64,000 nt of DNA from an uncultured Methanomicrobiales archaeon (GTDB lineage: Archaea; Halobacteriota; Methanomicrobia; Methanomicrobiales; Methanospirillaceae), in NCBI GenBank assembly GCA_963758915.1, contig CAVWXH010000016.1, positions 128,001 to 192,000 of the forward strand, in the 5' to 3' direction. The translations under genes were made by a program, and so were the position numbers. How positions within the stretch are numbered: position 1 is the first letter of the stretch; each line of letters starts with the position of its first letter. Below are positions 9,088 to 21,174 of this stretch, piece by piece. A model generated the notes under the pieces. The model did not search any database, had not been told where the DNA came from, and saw only the letters and a program-made list of their open reading frames with translations.

Positions 9088-10476
9088 ATGGTAAGAATAG
9101 TTCTCACCGGGTTTCGGGGGACAGGTAAGACAAGGGTCGGGGAACTCCTTGCACACATGCTCGGCGTGCCGTTTATTGATACTGATGCCCTGATCGAGGA
9201 ACGTGCCGGAATGACAATATATGAAATATTCCAGAAACACGGGGAGGAATATTTCCGGAAGAAGGAATGTGCAACAATCAACTCCCTCGAGATAGCTGAT
9301 TCCGTGGTCAGTACGGGAGGAGGGGCAATAATGGACCCGTCCAACGTGGCTGCAATCAGGCGCGGTAGTACCGTGTTCCTTCTCACGGCGGATGACCGGA
9401 CCATTGAGCAGAGGATAGCTCGCACAGAACGCCCTTCCCTTACAAGACTTCCGCTCAGGGAGGAGATCCACGAGCTCCAGGCTATCAGGAGACCGTTTTA
9501 CATTGCATCAGCAGATTTTTGCGTTAGTACAACACGGAAAGACGCAAATGAGACGGCCATGGTCATACGGCATATTCTGGCAGGTGGGAATTCAACCAGT
9601 AAGGATGCAGCAGGTTTCCTGTCATTTGTGAGGAAAACTTTAATTGAACCGGAAGAGGCTGATGCACTCGAATCCGCTATTGCATCTCCCGGCCGGGATC
9701 CCCTTACCCGTATCTACGCTGTTGCAGGGAACCCGTGTACCCATAGTCTCTCTCCACTCCTCTTCAACCGCCTGTTCTCTGAATACCGCATGAACTGCCA
9801 TTACACAAGGCTATGCTGGCCTGACTTCGGGGAAATTATCAGGGAGGCGAAAAAAATTGGCATCCGCGGGATTTCCGTCACTATCCCCTTTAAAACCGGG
9901 GCGCTGGCATATATCGATGAAGCTGATGACCATGTAACGGCAATCGGTGCGGCGAACACTCTTGTGATGTGTGAAGGCACAACCTTCGGGTTCAATACCG
10001 ACTGGACCGGGATTAAGGACCCCCTGGATCACCTGAAAGGGTCACGGGCTGCTGTGATCGGGGCAGGGGGAGCTGCAGCCGCAGCGGTGTATGCATTGCA
10101 GTCCCTGGACATGGACGTCACAATCCTTACCAGGAAACCTTCGAATGCAGAGGAACTTTCAGCAAGGTTCGCGGTCCCGGTCAAACCATTGTCCGGATTT
10201 TCAGAAGTCAACCCGGATGTTGTCATAAACGCAACCCCGGTTGGCATGGGGTCTGACATGCGGTCATTAGTTGATACATCACTGCTGAAACCCGGTATGA
10301 CCATTTATGACCTGGTCTATACCCCTGCAGACACCCCACTGATCATCGCTGCCCGGAAAGCAGGCTGTACCACGATACCCGGCACCGAAATGTTTGTGCG
10401 CCAGGCCTGTGCCCAGTTCCGCTGTTTCACCGGTATCGAGGCGCCACCGGCGATTGTGCGGGGGTATGTCATATGA
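9088..10476 (+). CDS. aroE: Fused shikimate kinase (P-loop AroK type) - shikimate dehydrogenase
   Basis: N-terminal [16 protein letters not shown]; C-terminal HSLSP, VTIPFK, GAANT, NTD, GAGGAA, INATPVG, DLVYTP. Confidence 0.92.
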   Translation: MVRIVLTGFRGTGKTRVGELLAHMLGVPFIDTDALIEERAGMTIYEIFQKHGEEYFRKKECATINSLEIADSVVSTGGGAIMDPSNVAAIRRGSTVFLLTADDRTIEQRIARTERPSLTRLPLREEIHELQAIRRPFYIASADFCVSTTRKDANETAMVIRHILAGGNSTSKDAAGFLSFVRKTLIEPEEADALESAIASPGRDPLTRIYAVAGNPCTHSLSPLLFNRLFSEYRMNCHYTRLCWPDFGEIIREAKKIGIRGISVTIPFKTGALAYIDEADDHVTAIGAANTLVMCEGTTFGFNTDWTGIKDPLDHLKGSRAAVIGAGGAAAAAVYALQSLDMDVTILTRKPSNAEELSARFAVPVKPLSGFSEVNPDVVINATPVGMGSDMRSLVDTSLLKPGMTIYDLVYTPADTPLIIAARKAGCTTIPGTEMFVRQACAQFRCFTGIEAPPAIVRGYVI

Positions 10477-10537
10477 ATGGAAGTACCTGGTTTTTTCCCT
10501 GCTCCGGGCTGGGCATCCCTGGAAGGTGGTGTCACAA

Positions 10538-11557
10538 ATGAATACCTTTGGCAATAATTTCCGCTGTACCACGTTCGGAGAGAGCCACGGAAAAGCGCTT
10601 GGTGTAGTTATAGACGGATGCCCCGCAGGTATCCCGCTAACCGAATCAGACATCCAGCCACTCCTTGACAGGCGACGTCCAGGCCAGTCAGACCTGGCAT
10701 CGCAGAGAAAGGAAGAAGACTGTGTGGAGATACTCTCCGGGATATTCGAGGGAACAACCACCGGCACACCGATCGCCCTTATCATCCGGAATATGGATAT
10801 GAAAACCGAAGATTACGTTCCCCTCAAGGACATATTCAGGCCCGGTCATGCGGATTTTACCTACCTGCAAAAATATGGCATCCGGGATTTCAGGGGGGGG
10901 GGACGAAGTTCCGGGAGAGAAACGATCTCACGGGTTGCGGCAGGAGCCGTCGCTATGAAGGTGCTTGGCTATGCAGGGGTATCACTCTCGGGAAGGGTTA
11001 TTGAAGTCCATGGAAAAACTCTTCCTGCTGAAATGGAAACAGAGATCCGGGCTGCAAGAGACGCGGGAAATTCTGTAGGTGGAATTGTCGAGGTTGTAGC
11101 GAAAGGCACACCCCCGGGTATTGGTGACCCTGTGTCCGGGAAACTTGATGCTGCAATCGCCCATGCCATGATGGGGATTGGATCGGTGAAAGGTGTGGAA
11201 ATTGGTGAAGGATTCCATGCAGCTGCGTTGTTCGGGAGTGAAAATAACGATGAAATGGCCGCTGAAGGATTTTTGACCAACCATGCAGGGGGTATTCTTG
11301 GCGGTATCAGCACGGGTTCAGATATTACCGTCCGCATCGCTGTAAAACCGACACCATCAATTTCAAGGGAACAACAGACGGTGACCGCTTTCGGCATGCC
11401 TGTAACGATCTCGGTTCAGGGAAGGCACGATCCCTGCATAGCCCCACGGATCGTCCCGGTAGCGGAGGCAATGATCGCGCTGGTGTTGGTGGACGGGCTT
11501 CTTGAACAGCTGAAGAATTCAGGGTTTCAGGCCCTCCTGAAGAATACCCACGCCTGA
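10538..11557 (+). CDS. aroC: Chorismate synthase
   Basis: [48 protein letters not shown]; start placed at ATG 10538. Confidence 0.96.
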   Translation: MNTFGNNFRCTTFGESHGKALGVVIDGCPAGIPLTESDIQPLLDRRRPGQSDLASQRKEEDCVEILSGIFEGTTTGTPIALIIRNMDMKTEDYVPLKDIFRPGHADFTYLQKYGIRDFRGGGRSSGRETISRVAAGAVAMKVLGYAGVSLSGRVIEVHGKTLPAEMETEIRAARDAGNSVGGIVEVVAKGTPPGIGDPVSGKLDAAIAHAMMGIGSVKGVEIGEGFHAAALFGSENNDEMAAEGFLTNHAGGILGGISTGSDITVRIAVKPTPSISREQQTVTAFGMPVTISVQGRHDPCIAPRIVPVAEAMIALVLVDGLLEQLKNSGFQALLKNTHA

Positions 11558-11654
11558 TTCCCGCTCTTTTTCCTGTAGATGAAAAAGGAAACCCCTGGAG
11601 ATATCGGGGTTCTGATGAACACCGTGTGCCATTCGCGGCGTTTTGTTCTGCAGA

Positions 11655-12314
11655 TTATTGCTGGTTATTATCCGACCTGTATTCCTGCAGGAGGCGGGCA
11701 TATATCTCCTGAAGGTCGCGGATATGGTACTGGCCCGCAGCGGTAGCCTCACCTGCATGCCCGAATATCCACTCCGAACCAAACAGGGGGAGTAGCGGGC
11801 GCATATGCCGGTAATGTTCTCCCATAATACTCGTTATTACAGGTTTTTCTGCATGGAGAGTAAATGAAAGGAAGATGATAATGTCATGTTCATCTGATGG
11901 TGTGACGACAATTTTCAGAATATCTCCGTATTCACGGAGAGCGTCATCGATTGCGGCCAGTTCCTCTATTGATGGCATCCGTTTCATGTGATATGAAGCG
12001 ATGATGCTGACTCCCTGCTCCCTGATGAACCGGGCATGAGAGGAAAACCGTTGTTCAATATCGACATAGGACGCGTAGGGAAGAAGCGGCGTAATGGTCT
12101 CGATCCAGAGGTCAGAATCGCCGGAAAATGACCCCCCTTCCTGTTCACTCCGGAGCGTCAGGATTAATGGAATTTCTGTCTTCGCATACCATTCCTGGAC
12201 AATTACAGGTAAGTCCCCCCTCAACAGGTCCAGACGAATTTCAATCAGGTCAGGATTATACTGGAGCAGGGTAGTCCCGCCAGGTCTCTCACCGGTTGAT
12301 ACGACAATCTTCAT
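11655..12314 (-). CDS. aroD: Type I 3-dehydroquinate dehydratase
   Basis: IEIRLDL, ILTLRSEQEGG, YVDIE, IIASYH, ILKIV, ISIMGE-like, AAGQ motifs. Confidence 0.9.
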   Translation of the reverse strand: MKIVVSTGERPGGTTLLQYNPDLIEIRLDLLRGDLPVIVQEWYAKTEIPLILTLRSEQEGGSFSGDSDLWIETITPLLPYASYVDIEQRFSSHARFIREQGVSIIASYHMKRMPSIEELAAIDDALREYGDILKIVVTPSDEHDIIIFLSFTLHAEKPVITSIMGEHYRHMRPLLPLFGSEWIFGHAGEATAAGQYHIRDLQEIYARLLQEYRSDNNQQ

Positions 12315-12372
12315 CTGCCGGGTACCTCCCGATAACATATTCTCCCGGGGTTCTTATATGTTAACAACAATC

Positions 12373-12912
12373 ATGACCGGACAAGGTCACCCTGCAGGGG
12401 GGATATCCAGGGATTGCGTCATTGCGCTTTTCATTGGAGGAATATCACCGTTTATTGCCGGTTTTTTCTTCATGGTCCCCCCGGGATCTGTCCTTGCCCT
12501 GATGTCAGCGACCATCGTACTTGAGTATGGAGCCGTTTTCATCGGTACTGCGCTTGACATGCGTAATGCCATCACCTTTATCATTGTATCACTTGTAGCG
12601 ACCGGAATTATATTCTTCCAGTTATCGTTATTTGACCATTTCGGGAAAATTTCACCACGGGTGGGCCTGTTTCTTGATCGGACACGGGTGAAATACGGGT
12701 CATCACCATTTGTGAAAAAATACGGGGTCTTTGCCCTGGTTCCCGGGATGCTGGTAGTTGGTTTTTTTGTCTGCCCTGCAGTAGCATGGCTCATGGGATG
12801 GGAGCGAAAGATCGCATTCATGGTAATGATGGGAACATTCTGTGCGGCTTCAGCATTCCTCCTCCCGGTTAGTGAAGGACTTATTCACTGGATATCCGGC
12901 CTTGCGGGTTAA
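12373..12912 (+). CDS. Small multi-pass membrane protein (possibly small multidrug export-like)
   Basis: Several hydrophobic segments, KKYGVFALVPG...AWLMGW; start uncertain (12358 or 12373). Confidence 0.65.
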   Translation: MTGQGHPAGGISRDCVIALFIGGISPFIAGFFFMVPPGSVLALMSATIVLEYGAVFIGTALDMRNAITFIIVSLVATGIIFFQLSLFDHFGKISPRVGLFLDRTRVKYGSSPFVKKYGVFALVPGMLVVGFFVCPAVAWLMGWERKIAFMVMMGTFCAASAFLLPVSEGLIHWISGLAG

Positions 12913-13061
12913 CCTTTATGGTCACGGATGGCGGCAGGTACCTTAAAAAAACAGCATTAAGAACACAGTTTACCTATTCTTATTTCAGGTGTACGATCAA
13001 TGCGGAGGCACGATACTATGGTGATGCATAACCCCCGGGATGCGGGGGGCCGGGGTTTCGA

Positions 13062-15677
13062 ATGAAAGTCCCGGAACTCCTGGCGCCTGCAGGCTCAACA
13101 GAATCGCTTGTAGCCGCAATCGATGCGGGAGCTGACGCTGTATATCTCGGCGGAAACCGTTTTAGTGCCAGGAACTTTGCGGAAAACTTTAACCCGGCCT
13201 CAATTGTGAATGCCGTGCAGTATGCACATTTACGGGGCGTTAAGGTGTATGTCACGGTCAATACGCTTGTCCGTGATTCCGAACTTCCCGATACGGTTCA
13301 ATTTATATTGTTTTTATACCAGGCTGGCATCGATGCCATCCTTGTCCAGGACACTGGTGTCGCTTCAGTTGCACGGGAGATAGCGCCCGGACTACCCCTG
13401 CATGCCTCAACGCAAATGACTATCCATAACCGTGAGGGTGTGGCATGGGCAGGGGAACTGGGATTTACAAGGGTGGTTCTTGCAAGAGAACTCTCCCTGG
13501 AAGAAATAGCTGGTATCGCATCCGCCCCGGAGTGCCAGGGGGTGGGGCTTGAAATTTTTGTACATGGGGCACTGTGCTATTCGTACTCAGGGCAGTGTCT
13601 CCTTTCATCAGTGATAGGAGGGAGGAGCGGGAACCGGGGGATGTGTGCGCAGCCCTGCCGGAAACCCTACCATTCTGTCAGTGGGCCGATGGACAAGTAC
13701 GGACGACCTGCATCTCTTTCCAAAACCAAGTGGGACGAGGAGTACATCATGTCAACAAAGGACCTCTGCAGTTACCGGGACCTTGAATCCATTGTCCACG
13801 CTCCCGTAGAGAGCTTAAAAATTGAGGGGCGGATGAGGTCGCCCCGCTATGTCTCCACCGTGGTATCTGTTTACCGGAGGGCGATTGATGCAATCGCCTT
13901 GGGGAACTGGAGCCCTAGGGATGACGAAGAGGAGGAACTTGCACTTGCCTTCAACAGGGGTTTTACCCGTGGATACCTCAAAGGTGCGCGTCATGGTGAG
14001 ATAATGGGCCGGGACCACCCTGATCACAGGGGTATCATGGTAGGGACTGTCATTTCGTATCATCCCCGGGTGAATCAGGCACGGGTCAGGCTTTCAGGGG
14101 ATACGTTCCTTTACAAGGGGGATGGAGTAGTATTCCTGGACCCGTGCACCGGTAGTGAAAACGGGATGATCCTCTACGGGATGCCTGTCAGGGATGCTGA
14201 CGGACTCCTCGTCCCGGTTTCAACTCCGGTAAAATCCGGGGACCTCCTCTATCTTACCCGCCGGAAGGATCGGGGAACGGCGGGTAAAAAGGATAAACCC
14301 GGTGAAAAGGGGAAACAATTTCAGATCCCCCTTGATCTCGTCATCACCTGGGATGAAGAACGACGTCCCGTGGTAAACGGGGTTATACCCGGTAAAGACG
14401 GCATTCCGATCAAATACAGCTATACTGGTCAGCCCATGCAGGTTGCAGAAAAAACTCCTCTCACCGCCGAGCAGATTGCCATGCAGGTCAGCAGGACCGG
14501 CGGTACACCATTTGTCGTCGGTAACATCGTTGTCCATTACCCGGGAGGGCTCTTCACACCTGTGTCCGTATTGAACCAGCTCAGAAGAGATTTCCTTGAG
14601 GGTGCGGAACTGGCAATTACCTCTTCATGGAGGCCAGGGCAGGTTGAATTATCATCTGCTGAAAAACAGGCCGGATTGGTTATCGCATCACTTTCAGCGA
14701 CAACCACTTCCAGGCCTCCCCTGTGCCCCGGATCTATGAAAATCTCTGTTTATGCAAATTCCTCAGAAGTAGCAGTTGCAGCTCTGGAAGCCGGATGTGA
14801 CCGTGTATATTTTGAACCAGAGGTCGGAACGAAGACCTGCCGGTGCCGCAAAACGGCTATCGTTCCAATGGGGCAGGGGCCTTTTCCGGAAATTGTTGCC
14901 CTGGTCAGGGATTTGCTTGTGCGTACGGCAGGGAGCAGCCGGCAGATATTCTGGAAATGGCCGTCAATCCCCGAAAGGGATTATATTGATAGGTCACTGG
15001 CAGTCCTTCCGGAATTGCTTGAAATGGGGATTGGCGGTATCATGGTTGACAGCGCCGGTCTTGCAGGAACGGTCCGTCGGTTATTTCCTGCACTGAAGAT
15101 ATGCGGTGGGGCCGGCCTGAATATTTTCAACCATGTTGCAGCCGGTTCATTACCTGGCTTTTTCAGCCTTACCCCGTCTCCCGAGCTGTCCCACGATGAT
15201 ATTTCAGCACTGGCGGCATGGTGTTACCACGGTGAAACCCCCCTGTTTGAAGTAATTGTCCAGGGAAATCTTGAAGTCCTTACCAGCAGGGACTGCATAC
15301 CTGCAGGTATGCCCCAAGGGAAAAGTACCTGCGGTGGGCTGAATGAAAGCCTCTTCTCTGGCCTGCAGGATGCTACCGGCAGGATCTTTCCTTTCAATGT
15401 TGACCCCTGGTGTCACACTCACATCAGGAACTCCAATGAAATCTGCCTGATCGATAGCATCCCGGGACTTATTGCTTCGGGTGTATCTTCGGCAGCCATT
15501 GACGCCCGTCATAAGACTCCTGCCTATGCAAAGGAAATGGTATCGTTATACAGGGAAGCAATCAGGCGTTCCGGTGAGCCATCAGGGCAGGAACAATTCA
15601 CCGATCTCCTCGCTGCGGTGAAAAGGATCTCGCTCGGTGGCATCACATCTGCATCCTTCCGGGGTAATCTTCTCTGA
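13062..15677 (+). CDS. Peptidase U32 family Fe-S hydroxylase with DUF3656-like extension (RlhA-like)
   Basis: PELLAPAGS, GADAVYLG, HASTQ, EIFVHGALCYSYSGQC...NRGMCAQPCR, LKIEGRMRS; long C-terminal extension. Confidence 0.88.
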   Translation: MKVPELLAPAGSTESLVAAIDAGADAVYLGGNRFSARNFAENFNPASIVNAVQYAHLRGVKVYVTVNTLVRDSELPDTVQFILFLYQAGIDAILVQDTGVASVAREIAPGLPLHASTQMTIHNREGVAWAGELGFTRVVLARELSLEEIAGIASAPECQGVGLEIFVHGALCYSYSGQCLLSSVIGGRSGNRGMCAQPCRKPYHSVSGPMDKYGRPASLSKTKWDEEYIMSTKDLCSYRDLESIVHAPVESLKIEGRMRSPRYVSTVVSVYRRAIDAIALGNWSPRDDEEEELALAFNRGFTRGYLKGARHGEIMGRDHPDHRGIMVGTVISYHPRVNQARVRLSGDTFLYKGDGVVFLDPCTGSENGMILYGMPVRDADGLLVPVSTPVKSGDLLYLTRRKDRGTAGKKDKPGEKGKQFQIPLDLVITWDEERRPVVNGVIPGKDGIPIKYSYTGQPMQVAEKTPLTAEQIAMQVSRTGGTPFVVGNIVVHYPGGLFTPVSVLNQLRRDFLEGAELAITSSWRPGQVELSSAEKQAGLVIASLSATTTSRPPLCPGSMKISVYANSSEVAVAALEAGCDRVYFEPEVGTKTCRCRKTAIVPMGQGPFPEIVALVRDLLVRTAGSSRQIFWKWPSIPERDYIDRSLAVLPELLEMGIGGIMVDSAGLAGTVRRLFPALKICGGAGLNIFNHVAAGSLPGFFSLTPSPELSHDDISALAAWCYHGETPLFEVIVQGNLEVLTSRDCIPAGMPQGKSTCGGLNESLFSGLQDATGRIFPFNVDPWCHTHIRNSNEICLIDSIPGLIASGVSSAAIDARHKTPAYAKEMVSLYREAIRRSGEPSGQEQFTDLLAAVKRISLGGITSASFRGNLL

Positions 15678-15733
15678 CATTTCCGAAGCGTGCAGTTCTT
15701 TATCAAATGATACATATATGGGGATGAAAGAAC

Positions 15734-16402
15734 ATGGCAGCCCCGTTCATCCTGATTAACCTGAAGACATACCGTGAAAGTATCGGACAGCACGCGCACC
15801 GGATTGCATCCATTGCACAGGCTGTAAGCGCTGACAGCGGTGTACTCATTGGTATCGCGCCTTCATATCTCGATATACACCCGATATCGCGGCATTATGA
15901 AATTCCCGTATTTGCCCAGCACGTCGATGGTCTGGAACCCGGGGCCCATACGGGGACTATCACCGCAGAAGCACTGAAACAGGCGGGGGCGAAAGGTTCC
16001 CTGGTAAATCATTCAGAACGGAGACTCACACTCGCCGATATTGATGCAGCGGTTTCAGCCCTCCGTGCAGCGCATATGGTATCTGTAGTGTGTACCAACA
16101 ACGAAGCAGCCAGCGCAGCAGCTGCAGCCCTTTCACCTGATTACGTAGCGGTTGAACCTCCAGAATTAATCGGGAGCGGTGTATCGGTTGCAAAGGCAAA
16201 CCCAGAAATAATAAAAAAGACTGTGGAAGCTGTCCGGTTGGTAAATCCAAAAGTTCTGGTGTTAACCGGCGCAGGGATACAGACCGGGGAGTGTGTCAGG
16301 ACTGCAATTGATCTTGGGACTGATGGTGTACTTCTCGCCTCAGGCGTTGTCAAGGCAAAAGACCCCGAAGCAGTACTTCGTGACCTCGTCTCAAAAATCT
16401 GA
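15734..16402 (+). CDS. tpiA: Archaeal triosephosphate isomerase
   Basis: [39 protein letters not shown]. Confidence 0.97.
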   Translation: MAAPFILINLKTYRESIGQHAHRIASIAQAVSADSGVLIGIAPSYLDIHPISRHYEIPVFAQHVDGLEPGAHTGTITAEALKQAGAKGSLVNHSERRLTLADIDAAVSALRAAHMVSVVCTNNEAASAAAAALSPDYVAVEPPELIGSGVSVAKANPEIIKKTVEAVRLVNPKVLVLTGAGIQTGECVRTAIDLGTDGVLLASGVVKAKDPEAVLRDLVSKI

Positions 16403-16460
16403 ATGAATCATTGGTTGAAGGTGATTACCGGGAATCTTTTCAGGAGCCCCCGGGCCGCGC

Positions 16461-17021
16461 CTATGGGCGGACTATCAGGGATATCAGGTCATGTTTTGTT
16501 ATCACCCCCTGGACACGCCCGCCTTCAAGAACAAGCACTGCATGGTGGTGCTGAAGGATTGATACCACCGTTTCCACGTCGGTATCAGGAGGGACTGTAG
16601 GAAACCCGGACTCCATGAAGTCATTCGCCGAATATATGTGACTTTTATGGAGCCGCTGCTCTTCAATGGCATTTACAATGGCAGTCTCTGAAATACATCC
16701 GACTGGTACACCGTTTTCTATCACCGGAAGCTGGGAGATATTGTTCTTGTCCATTATTTCAACAGCAGTGGTGATGGGGTCGATTGGTTTTACCGCGAAA
16801 ACAGGTGTATGCATCACATCTGATGCCGTAACCCGGTGCCTTACTGCACTGTTCAGCACGTTCAGTATCCGGGTTAAGGTACTGACACGGGGGTCGACAC
16901 TCCCTGCTTCAATGCGGGCGATCATTGACTGGCTGACTCCCGCCCGCCTGGCAAGTTCAGCCTGCCGCATCTGGAGCACTTCCCTCCGTGACCTGATCTC
17001 TTCGGGAGTAGGGATATGCAT
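16461..17021 (-). CDS. HTH (XRE) + CBS-pair transcriptional regulator
   Basis: QAELARRAGVSQSMIARIEAGSVDPRVST followed by two CBS motifs. Confidence 0.9.
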   Translation of the reverse strand: MHIPTPEEIRSRREVLQMRQAELARRAGVSQSMIARIEAGSVDPRVSTLTRILNVLNSAVRHRVTASDVMHTPVFAVKPIDPITTAVEIMDKNNISQLPVIENGVPVGCISETAIVNAIEEQRLHKSHIYSANDFMESGFPTVPPDTDVETVVSILQHHHAVLVLEGGRVQGVITKHDLISLIVRP

Positions 17022-17081
17022 AATTATTACTGATGGTGATATTTCCTTAAATTAACTTCTCATATCACGGTTAGAAGAAGT

Positions 17082-17429
17082 GAGTGGGAGGAGTAAGCCC
17101 CCTTCTGTTCATTGCGGCATTCAGCTACGCGCCTACCTGGGCAGGTACTGAGCTACCCATCTGCCCTGTTCCGGCTTGCACCCGCAGGGATTCACCGTTT
17201 CATCGTATCCTGTCCCTACGCTCTGCGAGTTATCTCGTGCGTGACGCACTTCTCGCACGGGGGGATTGAACCCCCTTGCTCGGTCGCATCATTGCTAATG
17301 ACAGGCCGTGCCGTTTCTGTGCCATTGCCGTGACTCTCGCCACCCATACTTGCATATGGCTGCGTGCTCAGTAGGTGGGGGGACTTTCCTCAGCAGCATA
17401 AAGCCACCGTCGGCCGCACTCTCCCTCTC
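17082..17429 (-). ncRNA. rnpB: Archaeal RNase P RNA
   Basis: Minus strand has GAGGAAAGTCCCCCCACC near the 5' end and ACAGAAGGGGGCTTA near the 3' end (P4 signature); termini GAGAGGGAG / CTCCCACTC pair as P1. Confidence 0.95.
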
Positions 17430-17464
17430 ATATTATAATGGGGAGAGCGCATTATTTACTCTTA

Positions 17465-18031
17465 ATGGATATGCTAACTGCTGATGAAGGCACGATGGCT
17501 GTTAAAATGGCCCGGAATACAATAGAGGCCGTGGTTCGCGGCAGACCTGTCCCTTCAGCCAGTCTACCGCCGGTATTTTCAGAAAAACGAGGGATATTTG
17601 TGACAATTACCCGTTCTGGTGAGTTACGGGGGTGTATCGGGTATCCCTATCCGGTACTCCCGCTGGGGGAGGCGATACGATCCGCTGCAACGGGTGCGGC
17701 GCTCGAGGACCCCCGGTTCCCCCCGGTGCCCCTGTCCGAACTCGACAGGATCCGGGTTGAAGTGACGGTGCTCACGCCGCCCGAACCACTTGATGTGGCG
17801 CCAGAGATGCGGCCTCATGCCGTGATAATTGGGAAACACGGGTTAATTGCACGCAGTGGAGGAAGAAGCGGGCTCCTGCTGCCACAGGTGGCAACCGAAT
17901 ATTCATGGAATTGTGAAGAATTCCTGTCCCATACCTGTATGAAATCCGGACTGCCTGCCAATTGCTGGAAACGATCCGAAACCGAAATCCTCACGTTTGA
18001 AGGGCAGATTTTTCACGAGCAGGTATCTTAA
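17465..18031 (+). CDS. AMMECR1-domain protein (TIGR00296)
   Basis: [26 protein letters not shown]. Confidence 0.92.
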   Translation: MDMLTADEGTMAVKMARNTIEAVVRGRPVPSASLPPVFSEKRGIFVTITRSGELRGCIGYPYPVLPLGEAIRSAATGAALEDPRFPPVPLSELDRIRVEVTVLTPPEPLDVAPEMRPHAVIIGKHGLIARSGGRSGLLLPQVATEYSWNCEEFLSHTCMKSGLPANCWKRSETEILTFEGQIFHEQVS

Positions 18032-19488
18032 TGGCAATCTCATTTGAAATTCTTGAGGAGGATATATTTGGCCGGACGGGACGGTTAAAAGTCGGGGAAA
18101 AAGTCCTGAAAACACCTGCACTTCTTCCTGTCGTAAACCCTCACCTGCCACTCATTACCCCCGCCGAGATGAAATCGCTTGGTGCGGGGGCCCTGATCAC
18201 CAATGCATACATCTTCTACCGGAGCAAGGAGTTCCGCGAGCCGGCCCTTGCAAGGGGTCTCCACGATCTCCTTGGATTTGACGGGATAATAATGACCGAT
18301 TCGGGATCCTTCCAGCTCTCGGTATACGGGGACGTCGAGGTATCCAATTCAGACACGCTCCTGTTCCAGCGATCCATAGGGAGCGATATCATCGTCCCGC
18401 TGGATATCCCCACACACCCGGATACCAGCCGGGAGCAGACTGAAAATGAGCTGGGGATTACCATGGAGAGGCTCAGGGAAGCAGGCGAACTCCTCGGGCC
18501 CGGTGCCCCGCTGGCAGCCCCCATCCAGGGGGGCTCATTCCCTGACCTCCGGGAAAAAGCCGGACGTATGGCAGGGGAGATGGGATTTACGTTCACACCG
18601 ATTGGAGCGGTCGTCCCCCTGATGGAATCGTACCGGTACGAGGACCTCGTCCGGGTTGTCCTCGCCGCAAAAAAGGGTATCCCCTCCTCTGCCTGTGTCC
18701 ACCTGTTTGGAGCAGGACACCCGGTGATGTTTGCACTTGCCGTGGCAATGGGTTGTGACCTCTTTGACTCGGCTGCGTATGCATTGTACGCGAAAGAGGG
18801 GCGCTACCTCACGACGCACGGGAGTAAAAAACTGGCCGAGTTGTCCGAATTACCCTGCAGTTGTGAAGTTTGCAGGGGCCATTCTGCCGACGAAATGCGG
18901 CAATCCCCACAAAAAATCAGGCTCCTTGCGCGGCATAACCTGATTGTGACGCTAACGGAGATTGCCCGGATCCGACAGGCGATTTCTGACGGGGTCCTCT
19001 GGGAACTCGTAGATGAACGTTGCCGGAGTCACCCAAGGCTCCTCCGTGGTTACCGGACATTGCTTTCTCATAGCGAAGAACTCGCCACGAGGGACCGGAT
19101 TTCAAAACGCCGTTTTTTTTACCGGGGTGGTGAAAGTTGCCGGCGGACAGAAGTACTACGGTACCAGATGATGATACCAAGGTTTTCTGTCGGCCGCCGC
19201 GTGCTGGTTACTTTTGACCGGCTCCCTCCGGATGGTGCAGCGGGGTATGATACGGTACTCCTCTTCAGGCCACCGTTTGGTCCTTACCCTGTTGAATTAA
19301 AGGAAACTTTTCCGATTGGGCAGTGTGAACTTCCTGAATGGGATGAGCAGATGGTAGTAACCGGGTGCGACGGGATAAGGGCATTAATCGATGCGAACCC
19401 CGGTACCTCTGTCAGCGTCCGGTGTGGTCCTGAATGGGAGGTCATTGTTGGCAGGAAATTACCTGAGGTGCAAATTGAACAGCGTTGA
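18031..19488 (+). CDS. tgtA: Archaeosine tRNA-guanine(15) transglycosylase
   Basis: [38 protein letters not shown] zinc site. Confidence 0.95.
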   Translation: MAISFEILEEDIFGRTGRLKVGEKVLKTPALLPVVNPHLPLITPAEMKSLGAGALITNAYIFYRSKEFREPALARGLHDLLGFDGIIMTDSGSFQLSVYGDVEVSNSDTLLFQRSIGSDIIVPLDIPTHPDTSREQTENELGITMERLREAGELLGPGAPLAAPIQGGSFPDLREKAGRMAGEMGFTFTPIGAVVPLMESYRYEDLVRVVLAAKKGIPSSACVHLFGAGHPVMFALAVAMGCDLFDSAAYALYAKEGRYLTTHGSKKLAELSELPCSCEVCRGHSADEMRQSPQKIRLLARHNLIVTLTEIARIRQAISDGVLWELVDERCRSHPRLLRGYRTLLSHSEELATRDRISKRRFFYRGGESCRRTEVLRYQMMIPRFSVGRRVLVTFDRLPPDGAAGYDTVLLFRPPFGPYPVELKETFPIGQCELPEWDEQMVVTGCDGIRALIDANPGTSVSVRCGPEWEVIVGRKLPEVQIEQR

Positions 19489-21118
19489 AGTAAAACGGCG
19501 GGACGGACTGGCCAGGTCCGGAACTTACCGTATCGAAGGGACCAGTATCGCATTCCCTGCCGCGGTTGATACGCTGATAGTATTTCCAGGCCTTAAGCAG
19601 GCGGCATTATCAAATATACCACTTTCTGCAGGACCTGAGTTTGTTGTAAAATACTGGCCTGACGGACCGGGTATTCCGGTGATGATCCACCCTCATCATA
19701 CATCGGGGCCGTGTTCAGGTGATTGTGTGATGGTGCCCGGGTGGCATACCGTCCTTAACAATCCGAGGAATTATGTGACCTGGCTCACCGCGATGAAAGC
19801 CCTGGTACCTCCCGATACGCTCTGGTATGCCCCGGGTGCTGCAGTACCTTCGAATGCCCATATCCTCTGCTATTCCGGGTTTGACCTGTTTGATTTCATT
19901 GCCTGTGATCTTGCGGCGGCGCAGGGGGTCTTCCTCCTTCCGGAAGGGGAGTTTGACCGTACCTGGATGGATGCAGGGGTATGTAATTGTGAAGGCTGCA
20001 GGTCTGCCGACCTGAAATTGCATAACCGCACGGCATTGACGAAAGAACTGGCCCTTGTGTACCGGTTTATCGCAGCATCCCGCCTCAGGGAATTTGTTGA
20101 GTCCCGGTGCAGGATGCATTCAGCGCATGTCGCTATTATGCGGCACCTCGATTCGATGTATGATGTAATGGAACAGGTGGTTCCGGTTGCACGAGATGTC
20201 GCGTTCGGTGCGACAACCGGTGAGACGCTGAACCGTATTGAGATCCGTCGTTTCGCACGGCGTGTCGTGGACCGTTACATACCCCCTCAGGCAGACACGG
20301 CGGTTATGCTACCCTGTTCTGCACGGAAACCCTATTCCCTTTCCCAGAGTCATAACAAATTTACCCGCTCGATACAGGGGAGGGCCCACGAATTAATCGT
20401 GACCTCCCCGGTGGGACTCGTCCCAAGGGAACTTGAACTGGTGTACCCTGCTGCCCATTATGATGTCCCGGTGACCGGGTACTGGGACCGGGAAGAGAAG
20501 GCCTTCATATCTGGAGTCATCGGGGAATACCTCCAGAAAAACCGCTACCGGCGGGTAATTGCCCACCTGGACGGGGGTGCCCTTGAAGTGGCAAAGGCTG
20601 GTGCGGAAATTGCAGGGATTGACCTTGAATACACCTGCTCCGGGCGGAGACCTACCGACGGGGGCTCTCTCGCGGCCCTTGATGCTGCACTGGAAGGGTG
20701 CCGGAGGGTGAAGCAGGACCTCATCAGGGGAATTTGTTCCTGGCAGTTCGGGACTGCCCCTGACACCGCAGGGTTGATGCCACGGGGGCGGTACCCGGCG
20801 GTGAAGTATTCGCGGAACCGTGTCCAGATGTTCTCTCTTGACACCGGAACCGGGCTGGTAAGACCTACGTTCGAAGGCTGGAAGCTGCTTGGGGAATGTT
20901 ACAGGGTACAGATATCTGATTTTGTCCCGCAGGGAGATATCCTCGCGCCGGGTATCGTGAGTGCTGACCCCTGCATTCGGGAAGGGGATGAGGTGCTTGT
21001 TGTCGGTCCCAGGGTTTCAGGCACAGGCAGGGCTGCAATGGGTGCCCGCGAGATGACGCATTCGAAACGTGGTGTGGCGGTGCGGGTGCGTAAAATAAAG
21101 ATGTGTACCGACCAATAA
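19475..21118 (+). CDS. arcS: Archaeosine synthase alpha subunit (with PUA domain)
   Basis: [40 protein letters not shown]-terminal PUA; probable TTG start overlapping tgtA. Confidence 0.9.
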   Translation: MNSVEVKRRDGLARSGTYRIEGTSIAFPAAVDTLIVFPGLKQAALSNIPLSAGPEFVVKYWPDGPGIPVMIHPHHTSGPCSGDCVMVPGWHTVLNNPRNYVTWLTAMKALVPPDTLWYAPGAAVPSNAHILCYSGFDLFDFIACDLAAAQGVFLLPEGEFDRTWMDAGVCNCEGCRSADLKLHNRTALTKELALVYRFIAASRLREFVESRCRMHSAHVAIMRHLDSMYDVMEQVVPVARDVAFGATTGETLNRIEIRRFARRVVDRYIPPQADTAVMLPCSARKPYSLSQSHNKFTRSIQGRAHELIVTSPVGLVPRELELVYPAAHYDVPVTGYWDREEKAFISGVIGEYLQKNRYRRVIAHLDGGALEVAKAGAEIAGIDLEYTCSGRRPTDGGSLAALDAALEGCRRVKQDLIRGICSWQFGTAPDTAGLMPRGRYPAVKYSRNRVQMFSLDTGTGLVRPTFEGWKLLGECYRVQISDFVPQGDILAPGIVSADPCIREGDEVLVVGPRVSGTGRAAMGAREMTHSKRGVAVRVRKIKMCTDQ

Positions 21119-21174
21119 GTACGATACGCCAGACCGGGAAGGTTGTTCCGGCAGTACCAGAAGGTGTAATATCG

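Noticed and set aside
17084-17333. ORFs at 17084-17269 and 17112-17333
   Set aside because: They lie antisense to the RNase P RNA gene.
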